A DNA stretch of 64,000 bases, from contig JBBDKG010000012.1 in the NCBI GenBank assembly GCA_040879435.1, positions 2,755 through 66,754 of the forward strand, in the 5' to 3' direction. The notes below the pieces were generated by a model. It worked only from the letters and a program-made list of their open reading frames with translations. It was not told where the DNA came from and searched no databases. Every line of letters starts with the position of its first letter. The first letter of the stretch is position 1. Both the position numbers and the translations under genes were made by a program. This stretch comes from Minisyncoccota bacterium (GTDB lineage Bacteria > Patescibacteriota > Minisyncoccia > Phycocordibacterales > UBA918). Below are positions 9,244-18,490 of the stretch, one piece after another.

Positions 9244-10356
9244 TCAGAACTGTTGCGGATCTATCCGAATAATGCGGTCGTCCGCCCGAACAGGAGAACC
9301 GCGCCCGTCACGGTTGCTGGTGGTGAGGTAGAAAAATCCATCTGGTCCCAAGACAACACTTCGAATGCGTCCATACTCCCCTTCAAGATGTGTCCGAACT
9401 TCATTCACCTCACCATTTGCAAGGACTGCCTCATAGAGTGCTTCGCCACGGAGACCGCCAAAGAAAATACGACCTTCGTAAAAGAGTGCACTTGCAGGTG
9501 CCCATGTGGTGTCTGCTGTTGAGTGCCACAGCGGCGCAATCGTTCCAGCCGCAACCGTATCACCTTCACTTTCCGGCCAGCCGTAGTTGCCACCCGGCTG
9601 AATGAGATTTATCTCATCGTATCCTGACCGGAGACCCGAACGTCCGTGTTCTGTACTCCAGAGATTTCCTGCACCATCCCACGTCAGTCCTTGCGGGTTA
9701 CGATGTCCGTATGAGTAGACAGCGTTCCCGAACGGATTGTCTTCCGGCACTTCGCCGTCAGGCGTTATTCGCAGGATCGAACCGTGAAGTCGCTGCGGAT
9801 CCTGGGCAGCATCCTCGTTCTGTGCGTCACCCACGGTAGCGTAGAGCATACCGTCCGGACCAAACGCGATCCGGCCGCCATCGTGATACTGCGCGCCAGG
9901 GATCTGGTCGAAGATCACGCGGTCAAATGTGAGTTCGTACTCTGCATACACATACCGGACGATACGATTTTTTAGACCGCTGTCTGTTCGCGTCGTCTGG
10001 TAGAGGTACACAAATCCGTTGTCTGCAAAGTCAGGATGAAGCGCGATACCAAGTAGTCCACCTTCACCCACGTGTTCAACACCTTCAATTGGAAATGTCT
10101 GCCCACTTTCAATGTGAATAACGTCTCCGGCACGCTCAGTGACCAGCATGCTGCCGTCTGGCAAGAACGCAAGATCCCACGGGATCGAAAGACCTTCAGC
10201 GATCACCTCCGTCGGCGTGATCTCCACAATGGTTCGTTCAGGTTCCGCGGTGTCCGGTGAGAGATCGTTCACGACGGTCCAGCCATAGAGACTCACGAGC
10301 GCCACAACGAGCACAAAGACAACGGCAAGGGTGACAAATACGCGTGTTGCGGTCAT
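9244..10356 (-). CDS. PQQ-dependent sugar dehydrogenase (soluble glucose/sorbosone DH family)
   Basis: PWDLAFLPDG, GEGGLLGIALHPDF, HDGGRIAFGPDG, GHRNPQG, TSNRDGRG; N-terminal anchor. Confidence 0.93.
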   Translation of the reverse strand: MTATRVFVTLAVVFVLVVALVSLYGWTVVNDLSPDTAEPERTIVEITPTEVIAEGLSIPWDLAFLPDGSMLVTERAGDVIHIESGQTFPIEGVEHVGEGGLLGIALHPDFADNGFVYLYQTTRTDSGLKNRIVRYVYAEYELTFDRVIFDQIPGAQYHDGGRIAFGPDGMLYATVGDAQNEDAAQDPQRLHGSILRITPDGEVPEDNPFGNAVYSYGHRNPQGLTWDGAGNLWSTEHGRSGLRSGYDEINLIQPGGNYGWPESEGDTVAAGTIAPLWHSTADTTWAPASALFYEGRIFFGGLRGEALYEAVLANGEVNEVRTHLEGEYGRIRSVVLGPDGFFYLTTSNRDGRGSPVRADDRIIRIDPQQF

Positions 10357-10415
10357 AGATACAGGTTACTCTACCACGTGAATCTGTATGATTCATGAAT
10401 TCGGTCGGGGTGTAT

Positions 10416-10450
10416 AAAAAATGGGTAGCGCCATCGAAACAGCGCTACCC
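10416..10450 (-). terminator. Intrinsic terminator of a small intergenic transcript
   Basis: 9-bp stem GGGTAGCGC/GCGCTACCC; A run on + equals a U tail on -. Confidence 0.65.
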
Positions 10451-10590
10451 GAGGTGACCCTAAGGTCACAAGAGCCCAGCAATCAAACCAGACAAGATCC
10501 AAACCACGAAATGAGGTACGGGAAAGGAATACCGCACCACGTCCATTATAGCGTGTTCGTCCGGCGAAGCAAGAACGTTATCCTACCCTA

Positions 10591-11829
10591 CTAGATCAAA
10601 TCCCAAATACCACTGTCCTCCTCCCCATCGATCTTAAAGAGCGCAACACCACGAAGCGCATACTTCTTCGCAAGATCGATCTTGTCCTCGATTGCTTTCG
10701 CATCCGAGTACCACACCACGTTCACTGGCACGGTCATACCGGTGTAGTTGGCGAAGAGCAGTGCCTTCGCTGCGGCCTCATTCCCTTTCGCAGTTCCTTC
10801 CGGGGTCGGGAGCGATTCGAGTACCTTGAAGATTGAGCTTTCCGGGAAGTATGAAAAGCTCAACTCCCCTGCCTTGTTGCGGCCCGGTTCTTTGTCATAG
10901 TCCTCTGCAATCGCTTCGGCGTCCGGCATGTTCACTGCGCTTACGCCCGTATACTCCTTGTACCAGTTCGGTGCGACCTGTACTGTCCAGTTGCGGCCAT
11001 AGGTTGGTACGCCAAGCACAAGCTTGTTTGCCGGAATATCTTCGAGTGCCAGCTCCACAACCTTTTCGACCCAGTCCACATCAGCGACCGGGATGTATGG
11101 CTGTCCGGACTTCGCATCATTCAAGCGCCAGTCGATGCGTTGCTGGTCATACGCCATGATTTCCACACGATCACAGTGTTCCGCCATCGCTTCGTAGTCG
11201 TTCGCATACTCAAGGGTGCGTGGTACCTCGCGATATCGTGACGCCGGTGGGGTTCGCGGCTCGATGGTACAGGTCAAAAGCTTTCCATCCAGTTCATCCT
11301 TCAATTCTTCAAGGAATTCGGAGTAGTGGTGGATGGTCGCTGCAAGCTTTGATTCGTAGTCGATATTGACTCCGTCAAAATCACCATCCTCCACCATCTC
11401 TACGATCTCATCGATGTGATCCTCGCGGAGATCATCATCACTTAGAATACGATGGATGTTTGCTCCATCGAACCACGCAATGGTCGGAATGACCTCAACG
11501 CCCCGATCGTCAGCCTCGTCAAAGAGATCCTCCCAGTGGTCTTCATCAAGATCGCTCTTCAATACAAGCGAACCATCGGTCGCCACCTCATACACGAACG
11601 GGTAGACAGTATCAAGTTTTCGTATCATATCCTCTGCACGCTCAGCGCCATCTTCCGACTGCCACCACGGAACCCACCCCGAATACTCGAGATTGTGTCG
11701 TGCTGCTTCAGCGGCTGAGGGCATACCGAGTATCGCTACAAGAAAAAGAAACGCAAGAGCCACACGAAGGCTCTGTGTTGCATTCGGCAGGGGTACTGTT
11801 GTTGTATTCATCATCATATGAGACGCCAT
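10591..11829 (-). CDS. Glycoside hydrolase family 18 (YaaH/SleL-like), secreted
   Basis: Catalytic DGVNIDYE motif, IMAYD, LGVPTYG. Confidence 0.9.
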   Translation of the reverse strand: MASHMMMNTTTVPLPNATQSLRVALAFLFLVAILGMPSAAEAARHNLEYSGWVPWWQSEDGAERAEDMIRKLDTVYPFVYEVATDGSLVLKSDLDEDHWEDLFDEADDRGVEVIPTIAWFDGANIHRILSDDDLREDHIDEIVEMVEDGDFDGVNIDYESKLAATIHHYSEFLEELKDELDGKLLTCTIEPRTPPASRYREVPRTLEYANDYEAMAEHCDRVEIMAYDQQRIDWRLNDAKSGQPYIPVADVDWVEKVVELALEDIPANKLVLGVPTYGRNWTVQVAPNWYKEYTGVSAVNMPDAEAIAEDYDKEPGRNKAGELSFSYFPESSIFKVLESLPTPEGTAKGNEAAAKALLFANYTGMTVPVNVVWYSDAKAIEDKIDLAKKYALRGVALFKIDGEEDSGIWDLI

Positions 11830-11881
11830 CTACCGTATTTTCTTACATCCCAACATAGCATATCTATCGTATACTACAGCA

Positions 11882-11956
11882 ATGAAAATCATCATTCTTG
11901 CCATCCTTGCATTCATTCTGCTTGCAGGATTTCATGCGTTCATCACGAACTACTGA
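11882..11956 (+). CDS. Putative 24-aa single-TM microprotein (MKIIILAILAFILLAGFHAFITNY)
   Basis: TATACT 6 nt upstream; stop is 1 nt before the truB-like ATG. Confidence 0.55.
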   Translation: MKIIILAILAFILLAGFHAFITNY

Positions 11957-11957
11957 T

Positions 11958-12773
11958 ATGCCACGTTACGCTGTGATTGATAAGACGGTTGGCGAAACGC
12001 CGCTCCACGCTCTGGAACGCTACCGCCAAACCAGCGAAGCGCTTGCTGCTGTCCCGCTGGCATACGCTGGCCGGCTTGACCCTATGGCAAGCGGGAAACT
12101 ATTGATCCTCATCGGCGACGAATGCAAACGACAGAAGGAATATCATGGACTGGACAAGGAGTACCGGTTCGAGGTGCTGTTCGGTGTCGGCAGCGACACC
12201 GGCGATGTATTAGGGAGACTAACATACCGGTCCAACCCGCCGGAGATTGACGTTGCTGACATAGAGCGAGTCACCCGATCCCTCTCCGGTACAACACCCT
12301 CCCTCCCCTATCCGAAATTCTCGGCAAAGACCGTGCGTGGCAAACCGCTCCACATGTGGACGCTTGAAGGACGTCTCGATGAGATCGAGATACCGACCGC
12401 CACGACCACTCTTTATAAACTCACATGCACAGGTGTTCGTTCAGTTCCCGCCACCACTATCGCTGAAGAGGTACGCGCAAAGATAGACACGTTGCCGGTG
12501 GTTACCGACCCACGAAAGGCGCTCGGGGAGGATTTTCGTCGAGAGAAGGTGCTCGCAGACTGGCAGCGGTTCGAGGAAGAAGCCGGTGAACATGAGTATC
12601 AGGTAGCCTCATATACATGTATCGCAAGCAGCGGCACATACATGCGCTCACTTGCCGAGCACATCGGCGATCGGTTCGGCGTACCGGCGCTTGCCTATTC
12701 GATCCATCGGACGAAGATCGGGCGCTATATACCGCTCCTGTCGGGCTTTGGCTTCTGGAGGAGGCTATACTAA
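11958..12773 (+). CDS. truB: TruB-family tRNA pseudouridine synthase
   Basis: AGRLDPMASG with catalytic Asp, KEYRFEVLFG, P.FSAK.V.GKPL, SSGTYMRSL. Confidence 0.82.
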   Translation: MPRYAVIDKTVGETPLHALERYRQTSEALAAVPLAYAGRLDPMASGKLLILIGDECKRQKEYHGLDKEYRFEVLFGVGSDTGDVLGRLTYRSNPPEIDVADIERVTRSLSGTTPSLPYPKFSAKTVRGKPLHMWTLEGRLDEIEIPTATTTLYKLTCTGVRSVPATTIAEEVRAKIDTLPVVTDPRKALGEDFRREKVLADWQRFEEEAGEHEYQVASYTCIASSGTYMRSLAEHIGDRFGVPALAYSIHRTKIGRYIPLLSGFGFWRRLY

Positions 12774-12815
12774 GCCGTTGACCAGAGGGCCGATTTCTGG
12801 TACTCTCTCGGCACT

Positions 12816-12995
12816 ATGTCACAGGATAAAATTGTGCGTTTGGTAAGCAAAGGGGACGAGACCGGCAAAGGCAAGGGCGACGTGTACTATACCCGGTACA
12901 ACAACAAGGTGAAGAAAGACCCGAGCGCCAAACTCTCTCTCAAGAAATACAACAAGAAGCTCCGCAAGCACGTTACGTACACGCAGAAGAAATAA
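12816..12995 (+). CDS. rpmG: 50S ribosomal protein L33 (59 aa, Cys-free form; missing from the ORF track)
   Basis: Translated by hand: MSQDKIVRLVSKGDETGKGKGDVYYTRYNNKVKKDPSAKLSLKKYNKKLRKHVTYTQKK. Confidence 0.93.
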   Translation: MSQDKIVRLVSKGDETGKGKGDVYYTRYNNKVKKDPSAKLSLKKYNKKLRKHVTYTQKK

Positions 12996-12996
12996 C

Positions 12997-13032
12997 AAAA
13001 AGACCACCGGCTCATGAGCCGGTGGTCTTTTT
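12997..13032 (+). terminator. Intrinsic terminator after rpmG
   Basis: Palindrome AAAAGACCACCGGCTCATGAGCCGGTGGTCTTTT. Confidence 0.8.
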
Positions 13033-13098
13033 GTTATAGCTTGACACTTCCCTGTTCCTGCAACACTATACGAACAGACCAAACGGAGGGATATCTCC

Positions 13099-13383
13099 AT
13101 GATCTACTTTGCAGTGATCGCGGGATCGTTCAGTTGTGCGTTATGGCAACTGCTGCTAGTGGTCCATCACTGGCAAAACACCAGCATCATCGAATGGCAC
13201 TATGCACTCGCAACAGCGTTCTGGCTGTTACAAGCAAGTGTCATTGTTTCATTTGAGCACGACATAATCGTCGAACGATCGGTGGCGTTTACATTCGTTT
13301 GTGCCCTCGGCCTTGCTGGCTTCTGGTTTCCGCTACGATGGGTGCCGAAATTCATGCAGAGACTAGCGGTGTCGGTGAAGTAG
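13099..13383 (+). CDS. Hypothetical membrane protein
   Basis: TTGACA at 13041, SD GGAGG, hydrophobic 94 aa. Confidence 0.6.
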   Translation: MIYFAVIAGSFSCALWQLLLVVHHWQNTSIIEWHYALATAFWLLQASVIVSFEHDIIVERSVAFTFVCALGLAGFWFPLRWVPKFMQRLAVSVK

Positions 13384-13416
13384 ACGACACCGTCATATCT
13401 TAACGGAGGAACTCCC

Positions 13417-13665
13417 ATGTTCACTTTCACCATAATCGAAGTCGCGGCTGGTCTGATCGCTCTGACCATGATCGCCGTATGTTTGTACGCGCGGATATGG
13501 CAGGGAGTTGTCATCGGTGCTCTGATACTGCTCGCCGACATCACTTCCTACCTCTCGAGTTACGGACTGATGCCGGAATTCGTCCATACCATCGCTATCC
13601 TTCTTCTACTGGTAGTCGGCGTACTGCTTATGCTACAGAGCTTGCGACAGCTCAGACGGACGTGA
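13417..13665 (+). CDS. Hypothetical membrane protein
   Basis: SD GGAGG, three hydrophobic segments, followed by a hairpin at about 13678-13706. Confidence 0.65.
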   Translation: MFTFTIIEVAAGLIALTMIAVCLYARIWQGVVIGALILLADITSYLSSYGLMPEFVHTIAILLLLVVGVLLMLQSLRQLRRT

Positions 13666-13707
13666 AAAACGTCCCTTGAGCGCCCGGACCAACCCGGGCG
13701 CTTTTCT

Positions 13708-14727
13708 TTATCCATTCTCCAATGACGGATCGTACTCCCCTTTCTCGGCGAGTGAGTTCATCTTGAGCCGGTGAAGCATTGCCTGCTGCGCGTTCTCAAT
13801 ATTTTCCTCCTTGCCGCCCCATGCCTCAAGTATCGGTTCTTCAATGGCCCGTGAGAAGGAGAAGGTTGTCGGGAATGGGAGTGTTGGTTCAAGGTTCGAG
13901 ATAGCGTTCAGATTCTCTGTCGCCCGCTGCCATGTCTGCCCGCCCGAGAGAAATACCACACCACCAACTTCTTTCGGCACTGCCGAACCAAGTACCCGCA
14001 CGGTCGCTGCAGCTACCTCTTCAGGCGATGATTCCTTCTCATGCTCGCTTCCAGCAAGCACCATGCTTGTCTTTAGGATCATGCCGGTGATGTCCGTCTT
14101 GTACCATGCGAGGATCTCGAACATTTTTGTGAGTACATACGTCGTCACCTCCTCAGCTTTCTGAAGAGAGTGCGCTCCTTTGAATAGCACCTCCGGCTCT
14201 ACCATCGGTACGATGTTCGCCTTCTGGCAGAGTGCGGCATAGCGCGCGAGTGCGAAGCTGTTTGCTAGGATGGTCTGCTCGGTCGGTGTGTTCTCGGAGA
14301 TAGAAAAAACCGCCCGCCATTTTGCGGCGCGCGCGCCGAGCTCGTAGTATTCCTCAAGGCGCTCAAATAATCCGTCGAGTCCTTCGGTGATCACCTCACC
14401 CGGAAATCCAGTGTGTTCGGTCGTACTCTTGTCCACTTTGATGATCGGTATGATGCCTTTAGCGATGAGTACATCGACAAATGGTGTACCGTCGTCCGTC
14501 TTGTTGCGGATGGACGAGTCATACATGATCGTACCGGTGAGGTACTCTTCAATGTTCGGAGCGGTGAACAAAAGCTGACGATACTTTCGTCGCATCTCCG
14601 GCTCCTCCGGTACGCCGATGGAACGAAGACGCTTGTTCATGGTCTTCGTGCTCTCGTCGGCCGCAAGTATGCCTTTTCCTTCTTTAAAGAACGAACGCGC
14701 GCACGCGTGTAGTGATGTGGAACTCAT
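13708..14727 (-). CDS. Fructose-bisphosphate aldolase class I
   Basis: KGILAADES, AKWR, VPMVEPEV, LKTSM Schiff-base Lys, FLSGGQ, FSFSRA. Confidence 0.95.
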   Translation of the reverse strand: MSSTSLHACARSFFKEGKGILAADESTKTMNKRLRSIGVPEEPEMRRKYRQLLFTAPNIEEYLTGTIMYDSSIRNKTDDGTPFVDVLIAKGIIPIIKVDKSTTEHTGFPGEVITEGLDGLFERLEEYYELGARAAKWRAVFSISENTPTEQTILANSFALARYAALCQKANIVPMVEPEVLFKGAHSLQKAEEVTTYVLTKMFEILAWYKTDITGMILKTSMVLAGSEHEKESSPEEVAAATVRVLGSAVPKEVGGVVFLSGGQTWQRATENLNAISNLEPTLPFPTTFSFSRAIEEPILEAWGGKEENIENAQQAMLHRLKMNSLAEKGEYDPSLENG

Positions 14728-14784
14728 AGACATCAGTGTAGCAAACGGATGTTCATCCGTGTACGTACTGCGGTGTGCAAAATG

Positions 14785-15552
14785 TTAGCTGCGAATCTTC
14801 CACCCGATGCGGAAGAGATACGTCACGAGACATCCAAGTGCTGCAACAAGTCCAAAGATCACGACCGCACCGACTGCACTGTTCGCTTCGCTGTACCCGA
14901 TCATGCTCGAACGGACCGCGTCGGCAAAGTAGAAGAAGGGATTAAATTGTGTGAGGGTCGCCGCAAATGACGGAAGGAATGTGATGGAGTAGAAGATACC
15001 ACCGAGGTACGTGAGCGGGGTGATCACGAAGGTATTCAAGACCTGCAGCTGCTCGAATCCTTCCGCCCAGAGCGCGACCAGAATACCGAGCATGGCGAAG
15101 ATAGCAGCAATCGCTGCGACGTATATCACGAACATAAGCGGGTTCACGAGTGTTACCGCACCGAAAAGAAGCCCCACAAGCAGAATGAGGCCTGCAACCA
15201 GAAGCGCACGGACGATCGCGCTCCCCACAAGCCCAACCAGCATCTCAAGATACGAGAACGGTGCGATGAGAATCTCCTCGATGCCGCGGGTGAAGCGCAT
15301 GAAATACAGTGCAGAAGATGCACTCGCAAAGGATGCGTTGATGATCGAGAGCATCAAGACTCCCGGAAACACGAACGAGATGTATGGGACGCCGGCGAAG
15401 TCGTCGATACGCGTACCGATCACCGTGCCGAAGATAAAGATATACAGCGCTGCTGAGATAGCAGGCGCTATGAGAGTCTGCGTGATCACGCGGAAGGTAC
15501 GCACCACTTCACGACGCAGGATGGTATACAGTCCGATCCAGTTTATGCTCAT
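14785..15552 (-). CDS. ABC-2 type permease (YadH-like)
   Basis: QTLIAP, FVITPLTYLGGIFYS, NPFFY; overlaps the ATPase stop. Confidence 0.93.
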   Translation of the reverse strand: MSINWIGLYTILRREVVRTFRVITQTLIAPAISAALYIFIFGTVIGTRIDDFAGVPYISFVFPGVLMLSIINASFASASSALYFMRFTRGIEEILIAPFSYLEMLVGLVGSAIVRALLVAGLILLVGLLFGAVTLVNPLMFVIYVAAIAAIFAMLGILVALWAEGFEQLQVLNTFVITPLTYLGGIFYSITFLPSFAATLTQFNPFFYFADAVRSSMIGYSEANSAVGAVVIFGLVAALGCLVTYLFRIGWKIRS

Positions 15553-16301
15553 ACGGTTGTTTCCTTTGTTTCGCGGGTAATCTCCAGGTAGGTTTCTTCC
15601 ACACTCTTCCCGTCCTGCATGAATTCCTCCTTGGTTCCCTCCTTCACGATCCTGCCGTTATGGATGATGGCGATCTCGTCACAGAGGTACTGGATCTCTT
15701 CAAGGTAGTGCGAGGTGAGAATGATCGTCTTCCCTCTGCTGTTCATTTCTTTGAGGTACTCCCACAGATCGTGCCGTTGCTTCACATCCACCCCTGCGGT
15801 CGGTTCGTCGAGGATCAAAAGATCCGGCGAGTGCACGAGCGCGCGACCGAGCACCGCACGACGCTTCAGTCCGCCGGAGAGTTTCTGAAACTTCATCTTT
15901 CGGTGTTCTTCCAGGTCAAAACGCGCAATGAGTTCGTCGACCCGTTCTTTCCGTTCTTTCTTTGGAATGCCGTAATATCCTCCCATGTAGTCCATGAGCT
16001 GTTCGGGTGTCGCGAAGAAATCGAGATTGAACTCCTGCGGTGAGAGACCGACCTTCGTCCGCGCTTGCTTATAGTCCTTCACTACATCAAGTCCATCGAT
16101 GGTGATGGTGCCGGAGGTCGGCTGTGCAATACCGGTGACGCAGTGGATCGTTGTTGATTTCCCGGCACCGTTTGGACCAAGAAGTCCGAAGAAGCTCCCA
16201 CGTTTGATGGTGAGTGAGATGCCGTCTACTGCCGTCTTCTTGTCATACCTCTTGACCAGATTGTCGATCACCAGAATGTTTTCAGACTTCTCGTGTGCCA
16301 T
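15549..16301 (-). CDS. ABC transporter ATP-binding protein (YadG-like)
   Basis: GPNGAGKST, LSGG, LILDEPT, TSHY. Confidence 0.95.
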   Translation of the reverse strand: MAHEKSENILVIDNLVKRYDKKTAVDGISLTIKRGSFFGLLGPNGAGKSTTIHCVTGIAQPTSGTITIDGLDVVKDYKQARTKVGLSPQEFNLDFFATPEQLMDYMGGYYGIPKKERKERVDELIARFDLEEHRKMKFQKLSGGLKRRAVLGRALVHSPDLLILDEPTAGVDVKQRHDLWEYLKEMNSRGKTIILTSHYLEEIQYLCDEIAIIHNGRIVKEGTKEEFMQDGKSVEETYLEITRETKETTV

Positions 16302-16384
16302 ATGACCAACATTGTACATACAAAAATGAAAAATTCATATGAAAAACGCCGCGGCATGTTGCCGCGACGCTATCCTGACTTCCG

Positions 16385-16831
16385 TTAACCCGGCTGATGC
16401 GACTGACGCACCCACGTCAACAGTTCGTCGAACGTCTGATGGAGCTTCCGTCCGTCGGCCAATACCTTGTAGTCCCACTTTGCGCGCATGGAATCAATGA
16501 CAAGATTAGGATACTTGTCGACCGGTATATGGCCATCAACCTCCACCCGCCGGAACGTGGCGAACGCATAGAGCAGACCGCCGGCGATTGGGTCCTGCAG
16601 TTCTTTGAACGGTGTCCAGATCACTTCCGCTGTGCCGTACCATTTCGGGCTATTATGGAACTTCAGGAAAAGCGTGAGTGACCCACCTAGCCATACGCTC
16701 GGTTTCTGGACGAGCGGCACACATGCGAGCGCAGTGAGTGCTTTCTCACCGAGCGGATCACGACCCATGGCAAGCTCACTCTGATTCCTATATTGCTCGT
16801 TCGGAACAAGCATTAAATACACATTTTCCAC
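16385..16831 (-). CDS. Hypothetical protein
   Basis: GTG start with SD GGGAGG; hairpin at about 16343-16370 downstream. Confidence 0.55.
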   Translation of the reverse strand: MENVYLMLVPNEQYRNQSELAMGRDPLGEKALTALACVPLVQKPSVWLGGSLTLFLKFHNSPKWYGTAEVIWTPFKELQDPIAGGLLYAFATFRRVEVDGHIPVDKYPNLVIDSMRAKWDYKVLADGRKLHQTFDELLTWVRQSHQPG

Positions 16832-16897
16832 TGTATCGCCTCCCGGTTGGTTATTTGACGAGAATGAACTTTCGCCGCATAGTACCACACCACCCCT

Positions 16898-17632
16898 ATG
16901 AATCAAGATATACAGCGACTACTGGCAGAAAAATACAAAGACGTCGAGAGCGACGCGTTCTTTGCTGATGCAAAGCGTCTCGTCGCTGGCGAACCGCTCG
17001 CGTACGTCATCGGCCATGTGCCGTTCCTCGGTACGACCATTCACCTTGATTCAAGACCGCTCATTCCCCGCCCTGAGACTGAATATTGGACCGAGCAGGC
17101 TATCGCCGTTATTAACGCCTCGGGTATTGCCGAGCCGCACATTCTTGATCTGTGTGCCGGGAGTGGCGCCATCGGGATCGCGGTCGCCAAAGCAGTTCCG
17201 ACCGCGTATGTGACATTTGCTGAAATTGACGCAACTCACCTCCCGACCATCGCGAAGAATCTTGAAGCGAATGACATCCCCTGTACGCGCTACCAGGTCT
17301 TCCAGTCTGACCTGTTTGAAAACATCACCGGTACATTCGACCTTGTGTTATCGAACCCACCGTACATTGATCCGGCCGTGGATCGTGCGCAGCTGAGTGT
17401 GAAGGAACATGAACCACACCGTGCACTCTACGGCGGCATAGACGGTCTGGAACTCATTGCACGTATCATTGCTGCCGCGCCCCACTATTTAAATGAAAAT
17501 GGACAACTTTGGCTCGAACATGAACCGGAGCAGGTGGAACAAATTCAAGAGTTGGCTTCTCTGCACAACTTCGGCGTTACAACACTAAAGGACCAGTATG
17601 GTGTGGAGCGATTTTCGGTATTGAAGGTTTAG
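16898..17632 (+). CDS. prmC: Release factor glutamine methyltransferase
   Basis: GEPLAYV, LIPRPETE, DLCAGSG, SNPPY. Confidence 0.95.
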   Translation: MNQDIQRLLAEKYKDVESDAFFADAKRLVAGEPLAYVIGHVPFLGTTIHLDSRPLIPRPETEYWTEQAIAVINASGIAEPHILDLCAGSGAIGIAVAKAVPTAYVTFAEIDATHLPTIAKNLEANDIPCTRYQVFQSDLFENITGTFDLVLSNPPYIDPAVDRAQLSVKEHEPHRALYGGIDGLELIARIIAAAPHYLNENGQLWLEHEPEQVEQIQELASLHNFGVTTLKDQYGVERFSVLKV

Positions 17633-17696
17633 TGACGGAGTCTTGACACCCACAGAATACAATGTACTTTGTGGTGAAAAGAGAGGGAGTTCTTTC

Positions 17697-18026
17697 ATGT
17701 CCAAACAGGTCCACGCGCATGCTCATCAGTGTCGCATTTGCGGCTCCACTGGTACGAACCACGATCCGGGTACCCATGTACTACAGATAGCCAGCGCCCC
17801 TGGCGATCGTCTGGCTTTCATCGTCGAAATACATGGCCAGCCTCACAACACTGGTTCGGTCGCACGCACGCTCGCGCGTGCGAGAGGTGAGCTCTACAAC
17901 TACTTCCCAGACAAATCCTTCTCTCCTTTCATTCCCCAGCGCATGGTCCAGCGAGAAGAAAAAGGAGACGACGAGATACTTCGAGGAGAGGTGCTTGTCA
18001 CTTGTTATATTGTCACAGAAGAATGA
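17697..18026 (+). CDS. Hypothetical protein with His/CxxC-rich N-terminus
   Basis: TTGACA(17643)-N16-TACTTT promoter, SD GAGGGAG, terminator at about 18045-18077. Confidence 0.6.
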   Translation: MSKQVHAHAHQCRICGSTGTNHDPGTHVLQIASAPGDRLAFIVEIHGQPHNTGSVARTLARARGELYNYFPDKSFSPFIPQRMVQREEKGDDEILRGEVLVTCYIVTEE

Positions 18027-18098
18027 TTCTGATGTGGCGACGAAACGGCCGCCCGACATTCGGGCGGTCTTTCTTTCTGTTCTAGCGACGGCGGAGAA

Positions 18099-18461
18099 CT
18101 ACTTCACTGATGTAACGATTTTGTTGAAAATCTTTTGTATGAGGTGGCCCACTAAACCAAGAAGTGGGATTGTGATCAAAGCAAAAACAAGCAACCTAGC
18201 AAAATGCATCGACTCAGTTGTTGAATACGAAAACGGGAACAGACTAACAATGATGCTAGTAAGAATGTAAGGAAGATGTGCAATTGCTACAAATTGTGAA
18301 TCTTGAACTAAATCACACTGGTTATCAATGCTTCTACAAGAATCCACGGAAAATAGTCCGCAGTTGAAACAACCAGAGTTTACAACGTAAATATTTACGA
18401 TAAGCAGAAAGATTCCCGTGACAACACCTATGTACATTCCTTTATGGCCCAAAGTCAACAT
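18099..18461 (-). CDS. Small AT-rich, Cys-containing membrane protein
   Basis: 120 aa with about 3 hydrophobic segments; directly downstream of the lipase gene. Confidence 0.55.
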   Translation of the reverse strand: MLTLGHKGMYIGVVTGIFLLIVNIYVVNSGCFNCGLFSVDSCRSIDNQCDLVQDSQFVAIAHLPYILTSIIVSLFPFSYSTTESMHFARLLVFALITIPLLGLVGHLIQKIFNKIVTSVK

Positions 18462-18490
18462 ATCAATCGTAGTCTAGCACGTACCACTTC

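Noticed and set aside
12819-13100. 93-aa minus-strand ORF from the track
   Set aside because: It is the antisense shadow of rpmG (12816-12995, +).
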